In this document: positions 29,256-39,801 of the stretch, one piece after another
How positions within the stretch are numbered: position 1 is the first letter of the stretch
Layout: each line of letters opens with the position of its first letter
Source: Methanobacteriota archaeon
GTDB taxonomy: Archaea > Thermoplasmatota > Thermoplasmata > SG8-5 > JAGLSY01
Direction: 5' to 3'
NCBI GenBank assembly: GCA_020696385.1
Contig: JAEHCQ010000002.1
Span: 160,001 to 224,000, forward strand
Length of the DNA stretch: 64,000 bases
Position numbers and translations under genes: made by a program
Notes under the pieces: model-generated
Databases searched by the model: none
What the model was told of the DNA's origin: nothing
The model's input: only the letters and a program-made list of their open reading frames with translations

Positions 29256-29294
29256 TATCAATCCCACTGTATTTTACTGGATTTTTAATTATAT

Positions 29295-29360
29295 AATCTT
29301 ATAGATCGAATCTTATAGATCGAATCTTATAGATCGAATCTTATAGATCGAATCTTGTAG
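29295..29360. repeat. 14-bp tandem repeat (AATCTTATAGATCG) x4 plus partial
   Basis: Direct reading; between convergent dnaJ and DUF835 gene. Confidence 0.95.
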
Positions 29361-29383
29361 GCCAGATCATTAATAGATAAAAT

Positions 29384-30172
29384 TCAATTCATATCCTTTT
29401 TCAATAAGCTCAGTTCACGGGGATCCAGAGCATCGGGATTTAGAGACAGGATAAGTATCCCTTTCTTCGTCACCATGGACTCTGTGAGTGACTGGATAAA
29501 ACTAAGTACGGAGTTAAATCCATTATGCGATATCATATATTCCAGACCCTCCAACACGATGATACTACCGGAATTCCCACTGAGGAAATCGAGGATTACG
29601 GAATACAATTTGGGTAACTGGGAAGGGGCGATATAATCATAATCGTCCTCATCCGCATCCTCTGGAGATATGGCGATCATACCAATTGGCATGTGTCCAT
29701 CCACCTTCTGGCTCTTGGTAAGCCAGATGGTCTTTTTTATTTTCAGATCTTCGAACTCGTCTATCTGCCCGGGAGATTTCCTGACAATAGCCATGCCAAC
29801 TTTACCATTCTGCACTTCGCGTTTGAAAGCGGCGAAGCATTTTTGAGGCTTCGGCTCCTCTATCATGTAGCTGAGACCTGGCTTCAGATCCTTCACCACT
29901 TGGATGACTGGCTCCTCCACAACAGGTATGGGCTTCACGGCATCGGAATCGATTATGTCACCGGATTCCAACTCCACTTCCAGAGCTTTAATCTGATCCT
30001 CTATCTTGAACTTCGCAGAGCTGGACTTGGTCTTTGTGACTATCTTCATCTCATGTGGTGAATAGCCGTCCTTGGCCATTTTTAAGAAGATGGCCCAACT
30101 GTCATTGACCGCGTCTCTATAGCCATGGAGATATTCCAGTCTTTTCAGTTTTTCTTCCCTTGTCTCTACCAT
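29384..30172 (-). CDS. DUF835 (inactive KaiC-like domain) protein
   Basis: PGLSYMIEE, IWLT, IAPSQL, IIVLEGLEYMISHNGF, LILSLNPDALDPRELSLL. Confidence 0.88.
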   Translation of the reverse strand: MVETREEKLKRLEYLHGYRDAVNDSWAIFLKMAKDGYSPHEMKIVTKTKSSSAKFKIEDQIKALEVELESGDIIDSDAVKPIPVVEEPVIQVVKDLKPGLSYMIEEPKPQKCFAAFKREVQNGKVGMAIVRKSPGQIDEFEDLKIKKTIWLTKSQKVDGHMPIGMIAISPEDADEDDYDYIAPSQLPKLYSVILDFLSGNSGSIIVLEGLEYMISHNGFNSVLSFIQSLTESMVTKKGILILSLNPDALDPRELSLLKKDMN

Positions 30173-30320
30173 ACATTCATCTCTTATATTGTGAGGATCG
30201 TGATCGATTTTTTCCCAGATACAGTTCTTTTCCCTAGCTACTGTATTCCAGAATCATATAATAAGCATTACTGATGAAAAATGCAAAAAATCTTTATCCC
30301 CTCCAGATATTCAAGGCCAC

Positions 30321-31481
30321 ATGACGAACAAAAATTATTTGATATTTGGAGCTGGGCAGATGGGAAAAGCAATTGCTTATGACATTGCCAAATTCTCTCC
30401 TGAAGCGGATATCACGCTGGCAGATATGAATGTGCCAGCGGGTGAAGGTATTGTGGAATGGCTCAGGACATGCCATTCCTCAAGATCAGGAAATATCGGC
30501 TTCGAAAAGCTAGATGCGACGGATGACCAGCATATTTTGAGGTTGATGGAAAATGCCGATATGGCTATTGTCGCACTCCCCTATTCTTTCAATATCAGAT
30601 TATTGGAGCTCGCTATTAAAACTGGCACACATTTTTGCGATCTGGGAGGCAATGATTCCATTGTCGGAGAGCAGTTGAAGATGGAAGAAAAGGCCAGGGA
30701 GGCGGATGTCCTGGCCATTCCTGACTGTGGATTAGCACCTGGAATGGCCAATGTCATCGCCATGCACTCTATCAAAGGCATGGAAGATATCAGCAAGCTC
30801 CACATCAGGGTGGGAGGCCTGCCACAAAATCCAAAACCACCATTGAACTACCAATTATTCTTCTCTGTCAAGGGTCTGATAAATGAATACAAAGAGGATT
30901 GCATGGTGCTGGAAGGTGGATGGATTAAACTCCTAGATCCCATGATCGACACGGAGGAACTTCATTTTGATGGACTTGGAAAAATGGAGGCCTTCAATAC
31001 CTCTGGCGGGGCTGCCTGGCTCCCATATTTGCTTGAAGGAAAGGTGGACGAGCTCAATTACAAGACCATACGGTATCCTGGCCATGCGGTGATAATCAAG
31101 GCCATGCTGGATCTTGGCTTGACGAGTGAGGAAAAGCTGGACTGTGGGTGTGATATGACTCTACGTGATATTCTGGAAACACAGCTTGTGAAGGCATTGA
31201 CTGGCACGGACAAGGATATCGTTCTCGTCCGTGTGATTGCCGAGGGCGTGATGAATGGCCAGTCTGTGAAAATAACATACGATCTGGATGACAGGTTCGA
31301 TGATGATACCGGACTCACAGCGATGATGCGAACAACCTCTTTCCCCACTGCGATAATCGCACAAATGGTCGTGGATGGCATTATTCCCAAGAGAGGGGTG
31401 ATGACCCCGGAAAGCTGTGTGCCAGGCGATCTATTGCTCGAAGCGATGAAGAAAAGAAATATAGTGTTCAAGACTACTTAA
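30321..31481 (+). CDS. Saccharopine dehydrogenase / lysine 6-dehydrogenase family
   Basis: GAGQMG, DLGG, DCGLAPG, VGGLP..PKPPLNY, YKTIRYPGH, AMMRTT. Confidence 0.9.
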   Translation: MTNKNYLIFGAGQMGKAIAYDIAKFSPEADITLADMNVPAGEGIVEWLRTCHSSRSGNIGFEKLDATDDQHILRLMENADMAIVALPYSFNIRLLELAIKTGTHFCDLGGNDSIVGEQLKMEEKAREADVLAIPDCGLAPGMANVIAMHSIKGMEDISKLHIRVGGLPQNPKPPLNYQLFFSVKGLINEYKEDCMVLEGGWIKLLDPMIDTEELHFDGLGKMEAFNTSGGAAWLPYLLEGKVDELNYKTIRYPGHAVIIKAMLDLGLTSEEKLDCGCDMTLRDILETQLVKALTGTDKDIVLVRVIAEGVMNGQSVKITYDLDDRFDDDTGLTAMMRTTSFPTAIIAQMVVDGIIPKRGVMTPESCVPGDLLLEAMKKRNIVFKTT

Positions 31482-31482
31482 T

Positions 31483-32037
31483 TCAAGGCAATATTGAGCC
31501 AATCGATAGATCCGGGTATATCTGTCTCTCAAACTCCAACACCTTATGCAGTTTGAGGTCGGTCCTGAGATTGAGGATGGTGACATTGAAGGAGCCGCTC
31601 ACAATATACCCATTTGCATTCGGAGCCAGAGATACGGTATAATTTTCATTGATCGTGCCTCCAATGACAGAATACATACCATCGATGACGGTTCGGATAT
31701 CGCCACCCAGCCATATATCAAAACCTTCCTCAGCCATGTCATTGATATGAACTTGATAATTATCATCAAAACCTAGTAGATCCCCTTCTTGAATAGATTG
31801 CTTGGCCACATAGATCGCATGGTTCTCCAGATCGCGAGTTATCTCCTGGGACTTGAATTCCATCTTGTCTATATCATCCATGCGTATCCTGTAATTGGAA
31901 TCAACGTGGGTGACGTATGAAAGATAAGAAACGGTAAAACTCGCAAAGAACAGAAGGACTATGGCCATCAGGGAAAATGATGATACTGCTCTTTCATCCC
32001 AAACTAATTTCCTTCGCAACATCCAAACCTCTGTCAT
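31483..32037 (-). CDS. Pilin-like protein with class III signal peptide
   Basis: RRKLVWDERA|VSSFSLMAIVLLFFASF; co-oriented with prepilin peptidase. Confidence 0.65.
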   Translation of the reverse strand: MTEVWMLRRKLVWDERAVSSFSLMAIVLLFFASFTVSYLSYVTHVDSNYRIRMDDIDKMEFKSQEITRDLENHAIYVAKQSIQEGDLLGFDDNYQVHINDMAEEGFDIWLGGDIRTVIDGMYSVIGGTINENYTVSLAPNANGYIVSGSFNVTILNLRTDLKLHKVLEFERQIYPDLSIGSILP

Positions 32038-32064
32038 AATTATTTGATATTGTTTACTTATGGA

Positions 32065-32502
32065 TCACAATGGGCGGTAACTATCCACAGCCCCATCTTT
32101 GAATATGATCATGTAATGTCTGTTAGCCTTCTGCGTGTTTTTAATGAGAAATTCAGTCAAATTACTACTTTTTTCACTGCTTTTCACAAGTTCAAGTTCT
32201 TCCTGGGTGGCATCAAGATTCTCCGCTATCCAGTTCTTGACCTTTTCGAGATCGGCTTGCCATTGGATCGAGTCAATGACAACCAGTTTCGCACCGTCAT
32301 TGATTATCGAATCGGTTATCACTATCTCAGGTTGCATGATATTGGTTCCACATTTAACGCCATACTTCTTTTCCTTGTCCAGTCCCCAGTATCCGACAGC
32401 GGTTTCGATTATGCCACTGACCTTCTCGCCTGGCTCTACCTCACACTGTATGCTCGATCTGTCCTCGGACAATGCATTGCTTAAAAGTATGCGAATTCCC
32501 AT
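32065..32502 (-). CDS. Ubiquitin-like (beta-grasp) domain fused to a small C-terminal domain
   Basis: Start re-placed at ATG 32502; 'IRILLSN...IQCEVEPGEKVSGIIETAVGYW...IINDGAKLVVI' fits beta-grasp spacing. Confidence 0.55.
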   Translation of the reverse strand: MGIRILLSNALSEDRSSIQCEVEPGEKVSGIIETAVGYWGLDKEKKYGVKCGTNIMQPEIVITDSIINDGAKLVVIDSIQWQADLEKVKNWIAENLDATQEELELVKSSEKSSNLTEFLIKNTQKANRHYMIIFKDGAVDSYRPL

Positions 32503-32581
32503 ATTCTCACTGTTAATCCATATACCCGATACGATTAAAAACTTTCCTATATGCTGCACTTTCACTTATTGATCTTCAATA

Positions 32582-33520
32582 TCACAATCCATTGAAAATA
32601 AGGGTCATGACATTACCAATGACGAAGCTGAATATGAACCCTAGGAGCATGGGAACGATGAAGGGTAATTTGGGGGTCACCCACACTTTTTCCAGCCCCC
32701 TTTCCTTTAACTTTTCAAGTTCTTGTTTGATATTCACATTGCGTTTGGGGAATAGTACCATCACAAGTTCCCCATCCTTGACGAATTCCATCGGCCACAC
32801 GAAATTCTTCGATATATCATCAATATCCATCGTGTACCCCAGTAACATCTCGGGAAACCCATAGTCCTTTCGCATGATATTCCTGAGGAACATGAACAAA
32901 GGCAATACGAAAGCAGTGATAAGAGCGGCATTCATCAATACCAGGAAAGCAAAGGGGAACATGACGGACATTGCCTCAGTCATATGATCCGGGTACTGGA
33001 TCGCAGGTAGAACATCACCGATAACTGGAAGGAAGGGTACGAGAACGGCGATGGCCATGAAAGCCTTCGCGTCAGCTCCACCATGAAGAAGACCTGTGTA
33101 GAAGAATATGTATCCGATAATGATCATAACTGGTATGGACAGTAATTGGATCGTCTCAATGTTCAATCCATTATCGTATATGACATAGAGAGCGGATAAG
33201 CCTCCTATGATGAAGGCGAACAATGCGGTGAAGTTCACTCCTTCATCCCCCACCAATGGCTCACGGTCCCAGAAAACATCGTAGAACATTATGGTTGCTG
33301 GTATCAAAGCCAGCAAATGTCCCATATTATAGCCAGGGAAGTCACTTGAACCTATATTTGCATAGAATAAGATCTCGAAAGCCAGCAATATGAGGCCGAT
33401 CGTCCCCATTATTATCCAATATTTATTGTCCACTGTTCTTGTTTTCAGGTCACTCAAGGAAGCGAGGCCCATAATGGCCACGCCCACTATTATCCTGGCA
33501 ATGGAGAACCAATCACTCAT
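32582..33520 (-). CDS. Prepilin/preflagellin peptidase (A24, FlaK/PibD-like)
   Basis: ASLSDLKTR (Asp1), GGADAKA (Asp2), C-terminal VWVTPKLPFIVP. Confidence 0.92.
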   Translation of the reverse strand: MSDWFSIARIIVGVAIMGLASLSDLKTRTVDNKYWIIMGTIGLILLAFEILFYANIGSSDFPGYNMGHLLALIPATIMFYDVFWDREPLVGDEGVNFTALFAFIIGGLSALYVIYDNGLNIETIQLLSIPVMIIIGYIFFYTGLLHGGADAKAFMAIAVLVPFLPVIGDVLPAIQYPDHMTEAMSVMFPFAFLVLMNAALITAFVLPLFMFLRNIMRKDYGFPEMLLGYTMDIDDISKNFVWPMEFVKDGELVMVLFPKRNVNIKQELEKLKERGLEKVWVTPKLPFIVPMLLGFIFSFVIGNVMTLIFNGL

Positions 33521-33704
33521 CTTGTTTGGATTGTCTCGCCCATATATATAAATGTCGAATTTCTTGCTGAATGATCTTTGTCACTGAATATTTGCAAATG
33601 ATGATATCATCCATAGAATTCTGAGCATCATATGCAAAATACTAATAGTAAATCCAATCATGAACAATATTTAAATAACACCAAATCGATTACTTTATAT
33701 TAAC

Positions 33705-36653
33705 ATGGTTAACATTGAAATTGGGCAAAAGCAGGGTGCCTCGTGGGCTTTTCTGGTCATTGTGATAATGATGTCCAGCTTGCTATTTCCTCCTATGACC
33801 ATCGGAACAGGAGATTTAGTAATTGATTCTATTATTCCAATAAATTCACCAATCGATAATTCCCCTGCTGTTGACATGACAACTGAGATAGAGAATATTC
33901 TCAATAATATAACAGAGGATCTCGTGCAGAGCCGTATACAGGAATTGCAGGACTTTGGAACACGATATTCTTATGCTTTGGAAAAAAATTATGCTGCTGG
34001 TGAATACATCTACGAATCCTTTTTATCAAATGGCCTGGAAACAGAATATGATACATTTGTTTATAATGGACATCCGGCTAGAAATGTGGTCGCTGAGCTT
34101 CCTGGAAAAACGGCTTCGGATCAGATATTCATAATCTGCGGCCATTATGATTCCACTTCAGGCATACCTTATAAACTGGCTCCTGGCGCGGATGATAATG
34201 GAAGCGGCACCGCGGGAGTCATGGTCGCTGCCGAGGTATTATCGGATTACGAGTTCAACCACACTATAAGGTTTATAGCTTTCTCTGTGGAAGAACAGGG
34301 GATGAAAGGCAGTGTGGATTATGTGAATAACGCGCTGATATCTGGAGATAATATCAGCGGTGTTATCAATCTCGATATGATAGCTTTCAACCCAGATACT
34401 GGAACTAATTTTGTAAATATCTGTCCAGATTTCGATGATGCTGGTGTTTCCACAGATCTGATAAATTTCGCAAACCAGACCGCTCAAAAATACGAGCATA
34501 TTTCCAATATACGAACATTTGACAAGCCTTATGGAAGCAGTGATCACGCTCCTTTTGCCCCATCTTTTCCCGCCTTCATGTTCATCGAGAAAGAGTGGCA
34601 ATCCAATCCGAATTATCATCAACCCACAGACACATTGGCAGCATTGAACATGACCTATTGTGCCAATGTCACTCAGGTGGCTGTCGCCATCATGGCTGAA
34701 CTTGCAGAAATGCGAAGTTCAGATAATTCATCTCCCTCCATGCGCGATATATTCCCGGATGATGGAGGATACGGCAGTGAGAACACTACGATCTCATTGG
34801 AAATTTTAGATCCATCTCTTATTGACCCAACCAGTGTCAAGCTCTTCGTGAATGGCACAGAAATATCTCCATTATTGACGCCCATTCCATTGGGATTCAA
34901 TGTCTCTTTCACCAATCCAGTTGACTTCCACGATCTGGATATCATCACGATCAATATAATCGCCAATGATACAGCCGGTAATATATTGAACCACAATTGG
35001 ACCTTCGGTATTGATGGAGTGTGTCCATCAATACCGACAGATATCAATATAGATCTCGTAAGGATAGAGATGGATAAACAAGGCCTGGTTCTGGATAGAG
35101 GGGCTTCAGGAGAATATGATGACACGCATGTTATCGGCCCAAGTGTGATATTCCAGGATGATGAATACAAGATGTGGTATGCGGGCCATGATGGTTCAAG
35201 ATATAGGATATTGTATGCGAATTCATCGGATGCGATCAATTGGGTGAAGTATGGGCTTGTCCTTTCCATTGGATCAGCTGGCGACCCTGATGATTATCAT
35301 GCCACATATCCTTCGGTGATCTTCCAGGATAATGAATACAAGATGTGGTACTCGGGCTATGATGGAGCGATCTGGCGAATACTGTATGCGAATTCCACAG
35401 ATGGGATAACATGGGTCAAGCACGGGATATCTCTCGATCTTGGATCAATTGGTGATGATGATTATATGGCTGTCTCTGGTTGCTCCGTGATGTATGATAA
35501 TAATGAGTACAAGATGTGGTATTCCGGATTGGGGGATGTCAGAACCATACTGTATGCGAATTCCACAGATGGGATAACATGGGTCAAGTATGGTAGCCCA
35601 GTATTGAGGAATAGCATTGACGGAGAATACGATACCATGATCGTTATCTCACCATCAGTAGTAAGGACACTGGATGGGTATAGGATGTGGTATACCGGAT
35701 GCTCGAATGATGTCGTGTACAGAAATCTATATGCGAATTCCACAGATGGTGTTAATTGGATAAAACAGGGTTTGGCCATCGATATAGGTGCGGGTGGAGA
35801 TGCCGATAGTAGATATGCATATAAATCAACAGCTCTGATCAAGGACGATGTTCTTCATATTTGGTATACTGGCTATGATGGATCTTACTGGAGAATATTA
35901 TATTCCAAGCTAACTGGTAACGAGCCGATGACAGACATCTCGATCAGCTGGCCAGTATCCAGCTCTAACGATGTGCAATATTATGATCTCATAAAGGCCA
36001 ATACACCTGCAGAATTGGGAAGTGCGGGGAGTTTCATGAAGCTCAGATCCAATGCTTATGTAGATACGGGGATTGGCGAGGGAAATTCATCAAATTATTA
36101 TTACACATTGAAAGTAGTGGATAAAGTTGGGCATGTGAGCCAGCATAGTATCATGGTCGGAAAGATAGGGGTTGAGACCATGTTTGGATGGAATCTTTTA
36201 TCATCCCCATTTTTTGAAGGAGATGTCCCTGTGGAAGATGCCCTGAGCTCCATTAACTGGTTTTCCCTCCAGTATTATGATGCGATGGACGTGGATGATC
36301 ATTGGAAATCGAATTACCTTCCATGGCCCGATGCATTTGATGAAATCGATACAGTGAATGATACGATGGCGATCTGGGCATATATCAATGCCGGCTTCTT
36401 TGTCACAGTCGGGGAGGTATCGAATATCACGATAGAAATGCATGCTGGCTGGAATTTCGTATCGTATCCATTCCATGAAGAACGGCAAGTGCAGGATGCC
36501 CTTTTTGGCTTACCCTATGATATGGTAGAAGGCTATAATTCCGCAATGGCCTACAATTTAGAGGTATTAACCGATACCAGCATGATGGTGCCTGGTCAGG
36601 GTTATTGGGTGCATTGTACATCAGCCTCGACCTGGCAGGCCATCAATACCTGA
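33705..36653 (+). CDS. Secreted M28 peptidase with five-bladed beta-propeller and FN3-like domain
   Basis: Signal/TM N-terminus; GHYDS, GADDNGSG, SVEEQG, NLDM, SDH, YHQPTD; five 'PSV...YKMWY.G...RILYANS.DG..W' blades; GWN..S.P C-terminal repeats. Confidence 0.88.
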   Translation: MVNIEIGQKQGASWAFLVIVIMMSSLLFPPMTIGTGDLVIDSIIPINSPIDNSPAVDMTTEIENILNNITEDLVQSRIQELQDFGTRYSYALEKNYAAGEYIYESFLSNGLETEYDTFVYNGHPARNVVAELPGKTASDQIFIICGHYDSTSGIPYKLAPGADDNGSGTAGVMVAAEVLSDYEFNHTIRFIAFSVEEQGMKGSVDYVNNALISGDNISGVINLDMIAFNPDTGTNFVNICPDFDDAGVSTDLINFANQTAQKYEHISNIRTFDKPYGSSDHAPFAPSFPAFMFIEKEWQSNPNYHQPTDTLAALNMTYCANVTQVAVAIMAELAEMRSSDNSSPSMRDIFPDDGGYGSENTTISLEILDPSLIDPTSVKLFVNGTEISPLLTPIPLGFNVSFTNPVDFHDLDIITINIIANDTAGNILNHNWTFGIDGVCPSIPTDINIDLVRIEMDKQGLVLDRGASGEYDDTHVIGPSVIFQDDEYKMWYAGHDGSRYRILYANSSDAINWVKYGLVLSIGSAGDPDDYHATYPSVIFQDNEYKMWYSGYDGAIWRILYANSTDGITWVKHGISLDLGSIGDDDYMAVSGCSVMYDNNEYKMWYSGLGDVRTILYANSTDGITWVKYGSPVLRNSIDGEYDTMIVISPSVVRTLDGYRMWYTGCSNDVVYRNLYANSTDGVNWIKQGLAIDIGAGGDADSRYAYKSTALIKDDVLHIWYTGYDGSYWRILYSKLTGNEPMTDISISWPVSSSNDVQYYDLIKANTPAELGSAGSFMKLRSNAYVDTGIGEGNSSNYYYTLKVVDKVGHVSQHSIMVGKIGVETMFGWNLLSSPFFEGDVPVEDALSSINWFSLQYYDAMDVDDHWKSNYLPWPDAFDEIDTVNDTMAIWAYINAGFFVTVGEVSNITIEMHAGWNFVSYPFHEERQVQDALFGLPYDMVEGYNSAMAYNLEVLTDTSMMVPGQGYWVHCTSASTWQAINT

Positions 36654-36764
36654 GCGGCTTTGTTCCTCTTTAGACCAAAATAGTATTGTCTTTTCTTCTC
36701 AATTTCATTTGGGTCGGTAATTGTTAAATCCCAGCATGGCTTATGCTTCCAAGAGTGAGTGAAT

Positions 36765-37832
36765 ATGTCAAAAATAAGAGATAATGCTGAGGAGATCTTC
36801 AAGAGCATGCTGCTGGCAGAGTCAGAGCCAGATATGCCAAAGAACAGGATATTGAATGTAGTATTTCCCCTTCTGGACGATCTCGGTATGGATGTGACAT
36901 CTCATGACAATGATGGGAATCCATGCATCTACGCATCTACCGTGAATTCCCGGGTATTGCTTAGTGGTCATCTGGATACTGTGAAAATGGGAGCCGGCTG
37001 GCACCATTCTCAGGCAGAAGAGATCGATGGAAAGATATACGGAAGGGGATCGCTGGACATGAAAGGACCATGCGTATCGATGTTAATAGCGGCCGAGCAG
37101 TTGATATCGGAAGGAATAGGAGTGACATTGGCCTTCACGACAGATGAAGAGGTGGGAATGGCCGGAGCCAAGATCATGGCGTCCCAGCATCCGGAAATAT
37201 CAGATATTCCCCTTATCATCATCTGCGAACCCACTGACCTCAAATTAATGGTGGAAGAGAAGGGACTTGTACAATTCAAGATCATCGCGCATGGAAAGAA
37301 CGCTCATGGAAGCATGCCGGAAGAGGGACGCAATGCGATCACCGATCTCACATCCGCGGTGAATGAACTTATGAACTCCGGCATATTTGGAAAGTCCGGT
37401 AAAGACCCAGTAACTGCGAATCTTGGTATATTCCAGGGCGGGACCCTGATAAACATGATACCGGACAGAGCGGAAGCTGAATTCGATGTACGATATAGTC
37501 CCGATCACACTGGGCAGGATATACTGGATGTTGTAAAGGAAATACTTGACAGCACTGGCATTGATTATGAAATTGAGATCACAAGAGAGATTAGAGCCGC
37601 GAAGTCCGAACTGGACCCAAAATACCAGGGATCTCTGGAAGACATATTTGGACCTGGAGAATCGGTGCCATATGCCACGGAGATGGCAGTTTTCTGTGAG
37701 TTAAATCCTCGCGTTTTCATCATGGGAGCTGGAGAGACCACCAGGGCGCATAAGCCAGATGAATTCATGAGCATGGACGAGATAATGGAAGGGGCGGAAG
37801 CCATCATCAAGTGTGCGAGACTTATCAAATGA
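36765..37832 (+). CDS. M20 family metallopeptidase (ArgE/DapE-like)
   Basis: SGHLDTV, YGRGSLDMKG, DEEVG, CEPT, AHGSMP, AHKPDE. Confidence 0.92.
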   Translation: MSKIRDNAEEIFKSMLLAESEPDMPKNRILNVVFPLLDDLGMDVTSHDNDGNPCIYASTVNSRVLLSGHLDTVKMGAGWHHSQAEEIDGKIYGRGSLDMKGPCVSMLIAAEQLISEGIGVTLAFTTDEEVGMAGAKIMASQHPEISDIPLIIICEPTDLKLMVEEKGLVQFKIIAHGKNAHGSMPEEGRNAITDLTSAVNELMNSGIFGKSGKDPVTANLGIFQGGTLINMIPDRAEAEFDVRYSPDHTGQDILDVVKEILDSTGIDYEIEITREIRAAKSELDPKYQGSLEDIFGPGESVPYATEMAVFCELNPRVFIMGAGETTRAHKPDEFMSMDEIMEGAEAIIKCARLIK

Positions 37833-37850
37833 AAATATATTGATTTCTGA

Positions 37851-38053
37851 GATGATTGGATTAGCTATGTTCAATCAATATTTGCTAATCTACATCCGTA
37901 GCTGATTAGATTGGTTGTATTCAATCATTATTTGCTAATCTACATCCGTAGCTGATTAGATTGGCCGTGTTTAATCAATATTCGACAATCTACATCCGTA
38001 GCTGATTAGATTGGCCGTTTTTAATCAATATTCGCCAATTTACATCCAGAGCT
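37851..38053. repeat. 50-bp tandem repeat, about 4 units, last unit is the 3' end of the adjacent gene
   Basis: TACATCCGTAGCTGATTAGA at 37891, 37941, 37991; fourth unit overlaps codons and stop of 38021..38665. Confidence 0.9.
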
Positions 38054-38665
38054 GGCGAGGATCTCCGTCACCTCATCAGCTCTTTCATAATCCACCACTA
38101 ACATCACACGTTCGAACTTTTTGGATAGTTCATTGACCTCTCTGGAGATCTTATTAACCCTGGCCTGTTCGATGCTTTTCATTCCTTTGGTCCCATTCAT
38201 GAAGGCATCCCATTCCAATGCAAATTCCTCCGGGGTCTGACTTGTAAATTTCTTTCTAGCCAGTGATCTTTGTTTGGAAGGCTGTTTCAACCATTCGACA
38301 CCCGTGACATGGTGGCAATATAGATCTGTGAATTCGACATCATCCAGATCAACAGGTATTATTGATATGGCCTTCTCCACGCTCAACTCCCAGGCCCTCA
38401 CAAAGCTGGGAGGTGGTTTGCTGACATCGCCAAAGCGTTCCAGGGATTTGACATAATATTCTTCCTCGATATTATCAGGGGCGACATCCTCAGTGACATC
38501 ATCTGAGCCAAGGTGCTTGATCATCGCCTCCAGGCCTTCTTTGGAAACAGATATGGCTATGACATCAGGATCGAACCTGGTAAAGTGATCCTGAATTTTT
38601 TGAGATTCTGATACCAGGCCTTTTACGGTTCCAGTTATCAGTATCTTTCCCTTCTCCTTCTTCAT
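38021..38665 (-). CDS. Hypothetical protein (possibly TraB-like fold)
   Basis: 214 aa, in operon with upstream regulator; 'FDPDVIAIS', 'IIPVDLD' weakly TraB-like. Confidence 0.7.
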   Translation of the reverse strand: MKKEKGKILITGTVKGLVSESQKIQDHFTRFDPDVIAISVSKEGLEAMIKHLGSDDVTEDVAPDNIEEEYYVKSLERFGDVSKPPPSFVRAWELSVEKAISIIPVDLDDVEFTDLYCHHVTGVEWLKQPSKQRSLARKKFTSQTPEEFALEWDAFMNGTKGMKSIEQARVNKISREVNELSKKFERVMLVVDYERADEVTEILASSGCKLANID

Positions 38666-38669
38666 ATGA

Positions 38670-39620
38670 TCATCCTCTTTCCTTTATGAGCTCCAATATC
38701 TTCTTCTTGTCATAAATCTTTCCAAGCTCTATATTGGATATCAGGGGCGTGCCTTCCAGGTTTGTCTTCGTTCCCCTGTTCTCGACAAAGAAGACCGCAT
38801 GCCGATCCAGTAATTTCGAGATATTGGCCATGGCCATCGCTCTTCTTTTGATATTCCTGTCTATCCTCCCTATGCCGGTGAACAATAGATTTTCCCTATC
38901 AGAGGTAAGGGCATCGAAGGGACATCTATTGGTTGGCTCGACCATATACCCCATTTCATTCAGCTGCTCGAAGATATTCGTCACCATCTCATCATCATCG
39001 ATATCCCCGCATAATTCCATATTCTCACTTTTCATCCTCACAGTCAATGGATCTATGGGGATTATGAGGTCAATCCCAAAAGCATTCTCCAGGCGTATGG
39101 CCGCGGTCAATTTCGCACCCATTCCCTCTTCATACATCTGTATCGTCCTTCTGGAGACACCGGCTGTTTCAGCCAGTTCACCTAAAGAGATGCCCTGCTG
39201 TCTCAATTTCCCCATTCCCTCTGTGTCCAGTCTTACATAGAAGCCTCCTGGAGCGGAATAAACAAGAGGCGGTACTTCCTCAATGAAAAGATCATGCAAT
39301 GAGTTAACGGACATCAGAGATATACCGTACCTGGAATAGACAACGCCATCCTCTATATTACCGGATGATTTGCCCACACCGATCATTAATGGAACACCCT
39401 CGACAGCACGAGCCAGTGCGACCATTCCGTTTATTGAATCGGCTTTCACGGACTCTCTGCTGGAGATCGCTTTGATGACCAGTATGAGGTCACCTCTTCT
39501 TGCGACTATGTCGAATCCAGAATGTACGAGGAAAGAAGGATCCGAGGTGGAGAAATCGGCTTTCTCCAGTATGCTGATGACCATCTTGACAAGGTCGTCC
39601 CTTTTCATCGAGATTTCCAT
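38670..39620 (-). CDS. Archaeal HTH transcriptional regulator (COG1395-type)
   Basis: FDIVARR, GVVYSRYG, SAPGGFYV, SLGELA..AGVSRRTIQMYEEG, RCPFDA. Confidence 0.88.
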   Translation of the reverse strand: MEISMKRDDLVKMVISILEKADFSTSDPSFLVHSGFDIVARRGDLILVIKAISSRESVKADSINGMVALARAVEGVPLMIGVGKSSGNIEDGVVYSRYGISLMSVNSLHDLFIEEVPPLVYSAPGGFYVRLDTEGMGKLRQQGISLGELAETAGVSRRTIQMYEEGMGAKLTAAIRLENAFGIDLIIPIDPLTVRMKSENMELCGDIDDDEMVTNIFEQLNEMGYMVEPTNRCPFDALTSDRENLLFTGIGRIDRNIKRRAMAMANISKLLDRHAVFFVENRGTKTNLEGTPLISNIELGKIYDKKKILELIKERG

Positions 39621-39801
39621 AGCCTCCTCCCTTTATAAATTTTCTTCTACTGAATCATCAGGCATTGATATCGCTTTATTGAACTAAGTCTATGTCATTA
39701 CTTTAGAGATGATCCAATACCATAATTATTTGGTTGGTATGGTGTACAAGTAGGTGTTTTGCGCCATATCTATTTATATAATTTACAAATATTTGAATAA
39801 T

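Noticed and set aside
37851-38053. CRISPR array
   Set aside because: Inter-repeat segments are homologous to each other and to the adjacent gene end
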